A DNA stretch of 64,000 nucleotides from an uncultured virus (IMG/VR IMGVR_UViG_3300028107_000045) (IMGVR_UViG_3300028107_000045), one strand, 5' to 3'. Positions 8,418-17,932 are shown, numbered from the stretch's first letter. Notes: a model not told the origin generated them from the sequence alone. Made by a program: numbers and translations.

Positions 8418-10094
8418 ATGCAAGGTTTTGATCGCAACACCGGTATTGTTGATTACTTGACCATCGAAAAGACTGGCGAGATCGTAGACAACGTAGTTGA
8501 CCGTGTATACAAAGCCGTGGTTGGTACCATGGGCCCTAACGGCAAGTACGGTGCGATCACTCTGGGTACTCGCGTTAAGGTTACCAAAGACGGTGTTACC
8601 GTGGCGCGGTCTATCAAATTCAACGACCCACGTTATGAGGTGGTAAACCGTATCGTCACCGAGGCCCCGCTCAAGACTGACGAAGAGTGCGGTGACGGCA
8701 CCACTACCACCATGCTGATGCTGGCAGAGTTCTACAAGCTGTATCGTGAATTCGACAGCTATCATGAGCAGGCATTCCTTGACCGTCTGGTGACTCTGTG
8801 GATCAACGAACTCCAGGAAGCCACCATTCACATCGACACGCTTGACCCGCGTCTGTACGACCTGGCCCTGACCTCGGCCAACCACGACACAGCGCTGGCG
8901 CACCTGATCACCGATCTGTACCGTGAAGACCCAACCAGTTTCCCGGTGATCGAACTGATCCAAGGTGTGGAAGCCGAAGACAAGGTGCTGCGTACCGACG
9001 GTCTGACCACCGGCGCTGTGTACAGCAACCACCAGTATGCTCCTGGCGGTCGTCAGCAGGGTGAGTACACCCACTACGTCCCGCTGGTACTGGACATGGC
9101 GTTCCGTGAACCAGACATGCAGAAGCTGGCTAACCTGTTGACTGAACTGACCAAACAGTTCGGTGGCGGAGCGGATGGTAAACCGGTACAAGTCATTCTG
9201 ATTGCACGCGCGTTTGAGTCCACTCTGGACAACATCATGCTGCAGTTCAACAGTGGCATGCGCCAGAAAGCACAACAGTCCAACACTGAGCCGATGTTGC
9301 AGTTCGTGGCTTGCCGTGTAAACGGTGCTGGCGGTTCTATTGGTAGTTACATGCTGCAAGACTTGGCGATCATGCTGGGTTGCCCTATGGTGGCTACTGT
9401 AGAGCAAGCACTGACTGCTGAGCTCAGTGTGCGTACCGACAAGTTCGTTATCAGTCAGGCTCGTTCTCTGCTGACTCCTAGCGACGAATCCAAGGTACGT
9501 ATCGCTGAACGTGTCAAAGAAGTCCAGGAAGTCCTGGGTACCTACGACGGCAAGAACCGCTACAATACCCGGGCTCGTTTTGACGAGCGTCGTATCCGTC
9601 AGATGACCGGTAAACTGGTCAGCATCTGGGTAGGTGGTGAAACCGAGTCGGATATCATCGAGCGTAAGGACCGCTTCGAAGACGTGGTGAAAGCTGTGCG
9701 TTCGGCACTGACCAACGGTATCGTTCCAGGGGTAGGTACTACTCTGATCGCTACCGCGGACAAACTGCCTCAACTCCTGACAGAAGAAGTCTCCGATCCA
9801 GAAGACGGCGGGTTCCCAAGCACCTGGAAAGAGATCCTCGGTGGTGTTATCGAGATCTCCCACAAGCAGAACGAGATCCTGATGGAAGGTGTTAACCGCG
9901 AGGACTTTGCTCCTGGCGTGGTGCTTAACCTGGCTAACGGTCGTATTGGCGATCCGGTCACCCTCGGTATCTACGACACGGCGTTTGCTTCTATCACTGC
10001 TCTGCGTGGTGGTGCTCGTGCAGCGAAGATGTTGGCTAACCTGCGTTCGATCATGGTGTCGAACAAACTCGATGCAGTAAGCCTGGGTAACTAA
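8418..10094 (+). CDS. groEL: phage-encoded GroEL-like chaperonin (EL gp146/OBP gp246 type)
   Basis: TMGPNG, TKDGVTVARSI, ECGDGTTT, VGGETE..ERKDRFED, GIVPGVG and GIYD motifs; 558 aa; no GGM tail. Confidence 0.97.
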   Translation: MQGFDRNTGIVDYLTIEKTGEIVDNVVDRVYKAVVGTMGPNGKYGAITLGTRVKVTKDGVTVARSIKFNDPRYEVVNRIVTEAPLKTDEECGDGTTTTMLMLAEFYKLYREFDSYHEQAFLDRLVTLWINELQEATIHIDTLDPRLYDLALTSANHDTALAHLITDLYREDPTSFPVIELIQGVEAEDKVLRTDGLTTGAVYSNHQYAPGGRQQGEYTHYVPLVLDMAFREPDMQKLANLLTELTKQFGGGADGKPVQVILIARAFESTLDNIMLQFNSGMRQKAQQSNTEPMLQFVACRVNGAGGSIGSYMLQDLAIMLGCPMVATVEQALTAELSVRTDKFVISQARSLLTPSDESKVRIAERVKEVQEVLGTYDGKNRYNTRARFDERRIRQMTGKLVSIWVGGETESDIIERKDRFEDVVKAVRSALTNGIVPGVGTTLIATADKLPQLLTEEVSDPEDGGFPSTWKEILGGVIEISHKQNEILMEGVNREDFAPGVVLNLANGRIGDPVTLGIYDTAFASITALRGGARAAKMLANLRSIMVSNKLDAVSLGN

Positions 10095-10105
10095 CAACAG
10101 TAACT

Positions 10106-10124
10106 GGGGGTGTTAGACACCCCC
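10106..10124 (+). terminator. hairpin downstream of groEL
   Basis: GGGGGTGT-tag-ACACCCCC. Confidence 0.55.
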
Positions 10125-10138
10125 TTCGAGGACCGGTA

Positions 10139-10342
10139 ATGACTTTAGGTATGCGTAGGCTGTGGGAAGAGAAATTCTGGTTTAGTCTGTGGGTAATGAT
10201 GGCCATTATCCTCCAGACCCCCTGGCTGTTGTTCTACGTAATAGTGTGGACTGCTATGACATTGTTCACTGGCTTACGCTCGGGATCCCGTGCGGCGGCT
10301 AGTACGTTAATATCCGTTGCTTTGCATTTTGTAGCCTATTAA
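10139..10342 (+). CDS. small membrane protein
   Basis: GAGGA RBS; very hydrophobic 67 aa. Confidence 0.6.
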   Translation: MTLGMRRLWEEKFWFSLWVMMAIILQTPWLLFYVIVWTAMTLFTGLRSGSRAAASTLISVALHFVAY

Positions 10343-10394
10343 AGATTTTATGTTCTCCGGCTTTCCGCTGGAGTGTAACTCTTTAGGTACCGAG

Positions 10395-10988
10395 ATGGCT
10401 AAAGCGCATTTGGAACTGTTCTTTGAACGCTTCCTGGAATACAACCTGGAGCGCTACAAAGACGATCCTAAGTTTCTGGCACTGTTCACTGGTCTGACGT
10501 TCTCTGATGTGGCTATCAGCCAGATCATCGAGATCGTGGATGGTACTCGTCGTAGTTCGATGGTGGTGTCCGCCAAACGACGTTTCAAAGGACTCAACCA
10601 GATCTGGACCCCTGCTCCGGCAGCGACTGACCTGGATCTGTACACCCTGCAAAACGACACCCCCTTGGCTAGCTTGGAAGAAGCCCAGGAGCAAACCGAA
10701 GTAGGCTTGTATTCCTACATCGATGGTGAAGAAATCAAAGTGGTAGTGGTTATTGCAGAAGCCACGGCCGATGCAGACATTGCTACCACGGTAGAGTCGG
10801 TGTTCCGTAGTGCTATCCAGTACGAGATCGTCGACGTAGAAGTTCCGGCTGAGGGTACTACTATTGTACTCAACGGTGATACCTATGCAGGTGAACTGCA
10901 ATGGGTAAAAGGACTGGCTGAAATCTTGGTCATTCCTGACACCGATTACGGCCAATTGAAGGGTAAAGCACCCGATCCATTGCCTTAA
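10395..10988 (+). CDS. putative virion protein, paralog of 35804-36370
   Basis: Alignable by eye over its length to the first gene of the tail module; start MAKAHL preferred. Confidence 0.75.
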   Translation: MAKAHLELFFERFLEYNLERYKDDPKFLALFTGLTFSDVAISQIIEIVDGTRRSSMVVSAKRRFKGLNQIWTPAPAATDLDLYTLQNDTPLASLEEAQEQTEVGLYSYIDGEEIKVVVVIAEATADADIATTVESVFRSAIQYEIVDVEVPAEGTTIVLNGDTYAGELQWVKGLAEILVIPDTDYGQLKGKAPDPLP

Positions 10989-10996
10989 CGGTTAGT

Positions 10997-11026
10997 CCCT
11001 ACCCCAGGCTAATACCTGGGGTAGGG
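10997..11026. terminator. CCTAC-family hairpin
   Basis: CCCTACCCCAGG-ctaata-CCTGGGGTAGGG. Confidence 0.7.
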
Positions 11027-11103
11027 GTTATGTTTGCAAACAGTAAATTATAACATACCAAGCTAATTTATTAGCCATTTACGGTTTTAAGGATTTTTAT
11101 ACC

Positions 11104-11664
11104 ATGGAAATGATGCATGATCGTCTGCAGCGACACTTGAGTTGTCTCAATAAAGAGATAAGCTCACTGTGGGACGTAGAACGCAAGCTTGCAATGGCTG
11201 ACCTTCCGGAATTCATGTACGCACTGGATCACCTGGACGAGATCACCTGTACTACCTACTTTAAGTCAAACCGTATCCTGGAAACCCACGATACCTATCG
11301 CCTGCGTAGTCAAGTTAATCGTGCTTTCAATGACTACCGGTTACACAGTAAGGACACTACCTGGAAGATCAAAACGGTAGGACCTGGTACTTGGGATGCG
11401 ATTGCGGAATTCCTGGAACGGGACTACGTGAATGTGCTGTTCCGTGTAATGCGGGCCACCACTAATAACAAGTTGGAAATTACGTTGGATGGACAGAAGT
11501 ATATTGTCCGTCTGGAAATCAAAACACCTCATGCTCTTTATGGAGTCTTGGAGTACACCAACGTAGGGGAAAAGAAGGTACTTAAGTTACCGTTCTTCTT
11601 GACTAGACTCAGTAAAAGTCTGCCGTCGTCTGCCCCCCGCATGGCTAACCTTGCGTTCGGTTAA
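11104..11664 (+). CDS. hypothetical protein, paralog of 11731-12285
   Basis: Shared VGP..(AI/LI)xEF, DGxxY and terminal xPF patterns. Confidence 0.75.
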   Translation: MEMMHDRLQRHLSCLNKEISSLWDVERKLAMADLPEFMYALDHLDEITCTTYFKSNRILETHDTYRLRSQVNRAFNDYRLHSKDTTWKIKTVGPGTWDAIAEFLERDYVNVLFRVMRATTNNKLEITLDGQKYIVRLEIKTPHALYGVLEYTNVGEKKVLKLPFFLTRLSKSLPSSAPRMANLAFG

Positions 11665-11700
11665 TTCCTAGCGCAGTACAAGACTACATTACTAGGAGGA
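11660..11700 (+). promoter_or_regulatory. phiKZ-type early promoter
   Basis: GTTAA-N20-TACATTAC-TAGG; shares TAATTCCTAG with the 2671 copy. Confidence 0.7.
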
Positions 11701-11730
11701 TAGGTAAAACTAAATTTAAGGTACTTGGCC

Positions 11731-12285
11731 ATGAGCAAGGTGCATAAAGTGCATAACCACGCCAACCGTGTTGTCAAATTGGGTAATCTCACCGAGAATT
11801 ACTACCATACAGTTTTTGGACCTGAATTCACCCAGGAATTGGTGGACACTTTTGGTAAAGATTCGAAGTATTTGATACGTGAGTTTTTGTTTGGGGTGGA
11901 CTGCATGATCGAACTGATCAATGATCCATCCATCCCATCGTTTAAGTTCTTGAACAACGAGGACGTAGACGAGCGTTTGGTAACGATGTGCCAGCTGCGC
12001 GCTAGAACAGATAACATCTCCGAGTACTACGGGTGTCAGGTCGGTCCCGTGCAATACGCACTGATCTCCGAGTTCTTCGAGTACGGTTACCTGCGGATTT
12101 TCCACTACCTTTGCAGTACCATACGCAAACGGTTGGTAATCCCGGTAGATGGTAAGACGTACAGTCTTTTCATCAACGAGGACTGGGCATCCAGTACCTC
12201 CACTGCTGTAATGTATTTCCGTGACGAGTCTGTAGCTGAGCGTCGCATTAGCATCCCGTTTAAGCGTAAACGGTTGTTGTCGTGA
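11731..12285 (+). CDS. hypothetical protein, paralog of 11104-11664
   Basis: See paralog; ATG at 11731. Confidence 0.75.
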   Translation: MSKVHKVHNHANRVVKLGNLTENYYHTVFGPEFTQELVDTFGKDSKYLIREFLFGVDCMIELINDPSIPSFKFLNNEDVDERLVTMCQLRARTDNISEYYGCQVGPVQYALISEFFEYGYLRIFHYLCSTIRKRLVIPVDGKTYSLFINEDWASSTSTAVMYFRDESVAERRISIPFKRKRLLS

Positions 12286-12288
12286 GTA

Positions 12289-12317
12289 ACCTACCTTACC
12301 CAATGGGTAAGGTAGGT
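12289..12317. terminator. CCTAC-family hairpin
   Basis: ACCTACCTTACCCA-a-TGGGTAAGGTAGGT. Confidence 0.7.
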
Positions 12318-12345
12318 AATAACTATTAATTCGGTAATGGAGTAA

Positions 12346-13896
12346 ATGATGGCAAAGGCTAACGAAAATAAAGCACCGTCGGTAAAAATCGCCGCGCCGT
12401 GCACGGTAGAATTCCAAGATCCGGCTGACCAGGCCAAGGTATCTGTCGGTGATATACTGTGTATCGGCGGTGTCTATTACAAACACCACAGTGACGGTTT
12501 GTGGTGGATCTGTCGCGACGCAATCGCGCAGGTGGATTGGGAAGCAAGCCAAGTCAAGGCCTTGGTTCACGATACTGCTCCGGCACATCCCAACACTTCA
12601 GTATTCAAGTTACCTTCTGATGCGGCAGTTGGTCAGATGGTTACTTTCCTCAAAGTGGGTGAGCAGTATGCTTACACTGTAGCCTTCGTGCTTACCAGCA
12701 AGGGTTGGGAAGAGTACGGGCGGAACGAGTTCCACACGATCAGTCTCTCTCCCATCTTTGCATCGGGGCATCCGAAAGCTATCGGTGAACAAGTATCCAT
12801 CCATTGTGATAAATTCACTTACCTGGGTTCGGACGAGTGGCAGTCGATTGGTTGGTCAAGTGCTGCATTGGGACTGCCTAATCTGGAGAATCACGTTCCG
12901 ATGCCTCCGGTTAAAGCTAACAAGCCGGAAGAAGGCCAGGTTACCTACAGCGCCGATGCGCCGGATAACACCATGGAGTTTCGTATGGGTGGTGCTACTA
13001 TCGCCCAGATCGAGAAAGTCCAACAAGCTTTCCCGAACATGGAACACCGTGGTGATGGGTACTTCGTACTGGACCTCCCGGCGGTTGGTAAACCAGATAT
13101 GGGTACCGCAGAGAAACGTGCGTGGGCTTCCATTATCTACCGGGGGGTATACGAAATCATGCAAACGTCTGCTCCAGGGCACAAGCCTGCTCAAGTAGAA
13201 CCGGTAACCGAAGAACGCCAACGTCGTAGTTTTACCAGCTTCTTGACTCAACGACTCTCGTACCCTGGAGAACCTGGTAGTCACGAGAACGATCGCCAGT
13301 TGGCGGTCTATGGTGCGTTGAACAAACACCAGGAAACCGGTGTGAACACTGTTATTCGTTCTTTGCGTGAAACCATCGAACAACGTGATCTCACGGCGAG
13401 CGAGGCGCTGCGTGATCCTGCGATCATGGCGTTGGCAAAACTGGAAAAGGTCCAGCGTGATAACGCCAAGCGTAAAGTCCGTAACTGGTCTTTGTTGCTG
13501 GCCGTCATCGCACTGCTGGTAGCGGTTGGTGTCGTAGGCTACAACTACGTCGTGACGCACACGGTAGTCAGCAACTACACTGCGGTGACCAACTGCAAGG
13601 CACCTTTCGGTGACGTTGAGCTGGAAGGCAAGCGGTTCCGTACCTACAAGTACAAATCGCTGTTAGGGTACCGTTTCGGTAGTGACAACGACATCACCAC
13701 CGAGCGTACTGAAGTCAAACTCCCAGGTAGCGATCTGACTATCCTGGGTCGTGATGACGAGAAGGCCAAGCCATGGCGTCTTACCTACGTAAAAGGTGAC
13801 TATGGTACCGCCATTCTCAAGCCATCCGATCAGTACTGGTTCGTAGGTAACAACGACCGTACCACGCTGGTAAACTACAACGAATTCTGTCACTAA
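12346..13896 (+). CDS. single-pass membrane protein, multi-domain hypothetical
   Basis: 516 aa; TM helix WSLLLAVIALLVAVGVVGY after a basic patch; C-terminal domain with two Cys. Confidence 0.8.
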   Translation: MMAKANENKAPSVKIAAPCTVEFQDPADQAKVSVGDILCIGGVYYKHHSDGLWWICRDAIAQVDWEASQVKALVHDTAPAHPNTSVFKLPSDAAVGQMVTFLKVGEQYAYTVAFVLTSKGWEEYGRNEFHTISLSPIFASGHPKAIGEQVSIHCDKFTYLGSDEWQSIGWSSAALGLPNLENHVPMPPVKANKPEEGQVTYSADAPDNTMEFRMGGATIAQIEKVQQAFPNMEHRGDGYFVLDLPAVGKPDMGTAEKRAWASIIYRGVYEIMQTSAPGHKPAQVEPVTEERQRRSFTSFLTQRLSYPGEPGSHENDRQLAVYGALNKHQETGVNTVIRSLRETIEQRDLTASEALRDPAIMALAKLEKVQRDNAKRKVRNWSLLLAVIALLVAVGVVGYNYVVTHTVVSNYTAVTNCKAPFGDVELEGKRFRTYKYKSLLGYRFGSDNDITTERTEVKLPGSDLTILGRDDEKAKPWRLTYVKGDYGTAILKPSDQYWFVGNNDRTTLVNYNEFCH

Positions 13897-13915
13897 TTGT
13901 AAACGAGGAAATATC

Positions 13916-14737
13916 ATGATTGTCAATCTGACCGTACACGCAACACGTTTCAATATTACCAACGTCGACCTGGTGGAATACAACGGTAACCCATTGACCG
14001 TGCCGCGTGGGTTCCTTCGTTCTGGCGGTGTAAACAACCTGGCCACCCTGATCAGTTCTCAGACGAAGGCTCACCCAGGCATCCGCGCGATGACACCTAT
14101 GGGTGGCAGTAACCTGTTCCAGACTGCCGACAACCCCGTAATGTGGCTCACTAACGACGGGAGCTTCGTACTCAGCAAGGACCACCCACGTGCAGCGGTA
14201 CGGACTCTGGCTGAACACCTGGACTCGCTCAAAGAAAGTTACCCGGCTGGTTTCGAGCTCAAGGTTAAATCCGCTGACCAGGTAGGTAGCAACTACCTCG
14301 CCCTCGACGAGAACGAAGTAGTGACCTTCGAAGAACTTCGCGGCGAACCAGTAAAGTTCAAGCGCGACGAAGCCGGCAAGTGGGTTGGGTTCAATCGTGT
14401 TACCGCTGAGTGGGAAGAAGTAGTGTTACACATCGGCGTCGATGGCCAGTTCCGTATCGAGACTGCTGATCTGATCCACGTAACAGTTACGGACCACAAC
14501 GGCGAAGAAGTTGTCCTGCACATGGACAGCGAAGGCTGGATCCACGAAGTGGAAGGTTTCGACCGCGACAACGAAGAACGTGTTCAACTCTCTTCGTTCG
14601 AACTGTCGGACGACAATCCGATCTTCCAGTACCTGGCCCCGCATAACTGGGAGCGTAAGGCACCGGTAGCGGCTCCAAAAGAGTTCAACGTAGTCGGCGC
14701 TGGTTCGTTGGCGCCTAATAGTGGCTTGGGCTACTAA
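13916..14737 (+). CDS. hypothetical protein
   Basis: GAGGA RBS; strong codon bias; internal EEVVLH repeat. Confidence 0.8.
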   Translation: MIVNLTVHATRFNITNVDLVEYNGNPLTVPRGFLRSGGVNNLATLISSQTKAHPGIRAMTPMGGSNLFQTADNPVMWLTNDGSFVLSKDHPRAAVRTLAEHLDSLKESYPAGFELKVKSADQVGSNYLALDENEVVTFEELRGEPVKFKRDEAGKWVGFNRVTAEWEEVVLHIGVDGQFRIETADLIHVTVTDHNGEEVVLHMDSEGWIHEVEGFDRDNEERVQLSSFELSDDNPIFQYLAPHNWERKAPVAAPKEFNVVGAGSLAPNSGLGY

Positions 14738-14746
14738 TTGCGCAAC

Positions 14747-14768
14747 GGGGGAGGTAATACTCCCCTTT
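14747..14768 (+). terminator. short Rho-independent terminator-like hairpin
   Basis: GGGGAG-gtaata-CTCCCC-TTT. Confidence 0.5.
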
Positions 14769-14794
14769 CAAAACTAATAAAGGAAAGGATCCTA

Positions 14795-15166
14795 ATGATT
14801 AACGTAGTAAACCCAAAGATCGCTAACGGTCGCACCATGTTCATTAACAAGGATAGCGGCACCCCAGTGATCTCGCGTAAGGGTGGTGTTGTTTCTGTAC
14901 GTCCTGGTTTGGGTAGCATCACCTTCTACGTAGCTCAGCGTATCAAAGACGTGGGTATGCTGATCATGATGTCCGATGGTAAAGCCAGCCGCTTCTACTT
15001 GTTCACTGGTATGTATCGCGGGACTGTAACGTCCGAGCACCATTGCGTCAGTGTTAGCGATGCTCGTGATGTGCTGATGGACGTCCTGGAAGAACCACGC
15101 ACGCAAGGTATTGGTGATTTCAAACGCCGTATCTGGAACTGGCTGGTTAGCGAAGTAAACAATTAA
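14795..15166 (+). CDS. hypothetical protein
   Basis: AAGGA RBS before ATG 14795. Confidence 0.7.
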   Translation: MINVVNPKIANGRTMFINKDSGTPVISRKGGVVSVRPGLGSITFYVAQRIKDVGMLIMMSDGKASRFYLFTGMYRGTVTSEHHCVSVSDARDVLMDVLEEPRTQGIGDFKRRIWNWLVSEVNN

Positions 15167-15205
15167 CTAATATCGTACTGCTGCACTCTAATTTGGAGTT
15201 TTCAC

Positions 15206-15778
15206 ATGTTGATCAAAGCCTTTGAACTCAAGAACGAATTCCCTTTCGATATGGAAGAGGGAACTGTGTACCTGGACCGCGATCGTCTTATTCCGACTAC
15301 CATGCACCGTACGGCTGCTATTAAAGCCGGGTGTCATGTAGTCAAACCTGGTATCGGTGATGACATCCGTCTGTTCGGTGTCACCCACGGGCGTCAAATG
15401 CAAATGGTAGTATTTAGTTCGGCAACGGCCACACGATACTACTGGTTTACGCGTAAACGTCGTTACAGCTACAAGGTACCGGCTGGCAGCAGTGATCTGG
15501 GCGAAGCCTGGAACCACCTGTTCAAGTCGTTTATGCTGGATGGGCGGGCTAGTACGTTGCTGATGTATGACGTACTGAAACAGTTCGTGCTGGAGTACCT
15601 GCGGACGCTTAAAGACGTTGAGTTTGAATACGACCTGAGTGGTAAGTGGTGCAACGACCTGGTGCACATTAAAGTGCGTAAAGAGGCGTGGTTTACCAAA
15701 CAGGTGTACGTAGTGGTAGATGGTAAGACTCGTCTGTGTGGTTTTGATAAACACCCATTGCTGGAAATGGGTTTGTAA
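15206..15778 (+). CDS. hypothetical protein
   Basis: GGAG RBS; 190 aa. Confidence 0.75.
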   Translation: MLIKAFELKNEFPFDMEEGTVYLDRDRLIPTTMHRTAAIKAGCHVVKPGIGDDIRLFGVTHGRQMQMVVFSSATATRYYWFTRKRRYSYKVPAGSSDLGEAWNHLFKSFMLDGRASTLLMYDVLKQFVLEYLRTLKDVEFEYDLSGKWCNDLVHIKVRKEAWFTKQVYVVVDGKTRLCGFDKHPLLEMGL

Positions 15779-15786
15779 CTAACGTC

Positions 15787-15806
15787 GGGGTAGGGTGACC
15801 TACCCC
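15787..15806. terminator. CCTAC-family hairpin (arms in swapped order)
   Basis: GGGGTAGG-gtga-CCTACCCC. Confidence 0.65.
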
Positions 15807-15828
15807 ATTTCACTCTAGGGTAATTGTT

Positions 15829-17145
15829 ATGTCCGATAAGAAGATTCCACCGATGCCTGTTTTCAGACCACATCCTAACGCGATTGATCTGATGGCGTAT
15901 TACAAGGAAGTGATGGCAGGCCGTGTTAAGGGGAATATTGCTTTGACTATCGACTCCATCCTCGGGTCCAAGTCCCCTAACCGCGGTTACATGTACGGCT
16001 TTGACTCCGCTGGTAAACCCATGTACCGAGATAATGACACCCAATCCCCTGTTACCGAAGAAGGTATCATGGGTGAGCACATGATGCGCACAGCCGGTAT
16101 TGAATTCGTTGCTGGTAAACCCATAGCGGAGGGTAAGCACATGTATGAAGATAATGACATTAATCTGTACTACCCGGAAGCAACACGTGCTTGGGAAGAA
16201 CGTAAAGCAGAAGCCAATGCCTACATGTTCGATCTCCAGCGTAAAGGTGTCTTTGTGGTAATAGATGAGGATGGTAACCCCGTGTGCTATCCTGCTGGTA
16301 GTTGCGGGCGTTGCATTAGCTGTATTGTTAAACGCGACTTGATATTGAGTGGTGTTCTTGGCTCGACCCAGGTTGAGCGTCGGGCGCCTACTATTCCAAT
16401 TGCATTGGGTAAACAAATGAGGGGTTTGGGTATGTCTGGTGGTCTGCGTCGTGGTGAGTATTTCAATCATGCTGCGTTTACTACACGCACGCCGTATGAC
16501 CGGCCACGTAGTAACGTTCTGGCTGATGCGCTGACTAACCTCAAGAACCACAGTCGCATTGGGTTGATCTCCCTGGAGACACCTAGCTTCTTTGACCAGA
16601 TCCGTGGCATGCGTTATCAACCGTCGTTCTCAGTGTATGACACTGAAGTAGACGTGGATGGTAACGTACACCATTTCGTTAAGGAGTTCAAGCATCCTGG
16701 TTGGGTAACTACTGGCCGCGCTATTGCTAAGCACAGCAGGGACGAGCCTTTATTGACCATCATTGGTGGTGACGGTTACGTAGGTGGCAAACCTGTTGTG
16801 GGTATCCACAACATCCGTTACAGCCATGAACTTAATAGGTATCTCGTCGGTAGTTACGGGGCGCGTGGAGAGATCTCCGATTACTACTACACCCCAATGT
16901 ATCTGAAGCCACTACCAAGCCAGGCGCTTGAACCGTGGGCTGAAGAAGCCATCGACAGTATGCTTTACCAGCGCATGTATGGCACCTTGCCTAAGGTCTG
17001 GAATGCTACCCGTAGGGAATGGGGTGTGTTACGCCCTAATGGTGTGCTACAAGGCACTATGGTACATTACGAGAAAATGCGGGCTCGTAAACGTTTGCAA
17101 GAAGCTAACCAAATGGATACTGGGAGAAAGAAACGTGGCCGGTAA
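15829..17145 (+). CDS. hypothetical mosaic protein with CxxCxxC and a DnaB-like GGLRRGE segment
   Basis: 438 aa; motifs read from the translation. Confidence 0.75.
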   Translation: MSDKKIPPMPVFRPHPNAIDLMAYYKEVMAGRVKGNIALTIDSILGSKSPNRGYMYGFDSAGKPMYRDNDTQSPVTEEGIMGEHMMRTAGIEFVAGKPIAEGKHMYEDNDINLYYPEATRAWEERKAEANAYMFDLQRKGVFVVIDEDGNPVCYPAGSCGRCISCIVKRDLILSGVLGSTQVERRAPTIPIALGKQMRGLGMSGGLRRGEYFNHAAFTTRTPYDRPRSNVLADALTNLKNHSRIGLISLETPSFFDQIRGMRYQPSFSVYDTEVDVDGNVHHFVKEFKHPGWVTTGRAIAKHSRDEPLLTIIGGDGYVGGKPVVGIHNIRYSHELNRYLVGSYGARGEISDYYYTPMYLKPLPSQALEPWAEEAIDSMLYQRMYGTLPKVWNATRREWGVLRPNGVLQGTMVHYEKMRARKRLQEANQMDTGRKKRGR

Positions 17146-17923
17146 ATGGATTTACGACAACTGGAACGAATACGTGGGGAAAATCCTGGTTGATGATAAC
17201 CCCTATGTAGACGTCTGGATGCATCCGCCCAAGATTACATTGATGGAGGACATCCCTGCCAAATACCGTGAACTGGGTTTGTGGGGTGGTTGGCGACACG
17301 CTAGCTTTGTTGTTAATCCGGGCCCTAACGCTAATAGTTACATCAGTCGTGTGCCGTTGCCTAAGTTTACCCCGCTGCTCAGCAATGATTTCATTGAAGC
17401 GCTACTGGCAGATCCTGTCATTGAGCAAATGCGTTTTGATGCACTTGCTGGCCTTATGGTAGATGAGGTCAACCGACTTTATAACTCCAAGAAAGAAATG
17501 CGTCGTTTGGAGAAAGAAGCCGAGAAGGATCCAAAGTGGCCTGTCCCCCATAACGACGAACGGGAAACCTGGGTAGAGCAATTGATGTACCAGATGGGGA
17601 TGAGTCGTAGCACTTACGATCCTTACCACGAGGTAGCGTTCCCTTATGCGAATGTGGGAACTGTCGGGCACGTGGACATTAGTCGACCAGGGTTTATCCA
17701 GTTCACCGGTCGTCTTAACTACAAAGACATGGCGGTGCATGACGCACTAACTAGTTTTAAACAGATGCTTGATCACGCGACTGTTGAACAGTATGTGCAT
17801 AGCGCTCGTGGACCCCAGAATATCGAGGAATACCAGGAGTGGGCGCGTGATTGGTTAGAAGCAAACGATCCAGCAAAACAACGCCCGACTATCGGTGGGT
17901 TGTTCCTTGGTAAATCTAAATAG
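17135..17923 (+). CDS. hypothetical protein with EF-Tu-like NVGTVGHVD peptide
   Basis: GGAG RBS before GTG 17135, which avoids a 218-nt overlap with the upstream gene. Confidence 0.75.
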   Translation: MAGKWIYDNWNEYVGKILVDDNPYVDVWMHPPKITLMEDIPAKYRELGLWGGWRHASFVVNPGPNANSYISRVPLPKFTPLLSNDFIEALLADPVIEQMRFDALAGLMVDEVNRLYNSKKEMRRLEKEAEKDPKWPVPHNDERETWVEQLMYQMGMSRSTYDPYHEVAFPYANVGTVGHVDISRPGFIQFTGRLNYKDMAVHDALTSFKQMLDHATVEQYVHSARGPQNIEEYQEWARDWLEANDPAKQRPTIGGLFLGKSK

Positions 17924-17932
17924 GTAATCGTT

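Noticed and set aside
8238..10097. 619-aa antisense ORF over groEL; similar long shadows at 32380-33837, 33916-35712, 41283-42719, 42839-44071 and 49013-50497
   Set aside because: Each lies opposite a better-supported gene; strong codon bias suppresses antisense stops; no motifs or RBS support.
14795..14821. MINVVNP as another member of the N-terminal motif family
   Set aside because: Position 7 is Pro rather than a large hydrophobic residue, and the gene is far from the cluster.
16928..17134. N-terminal extension of the 16928-17923 ORF
   Set aside because: Overlaps the upstream gene by over 200 nt; GTG 17135 has a GGAG RBS.
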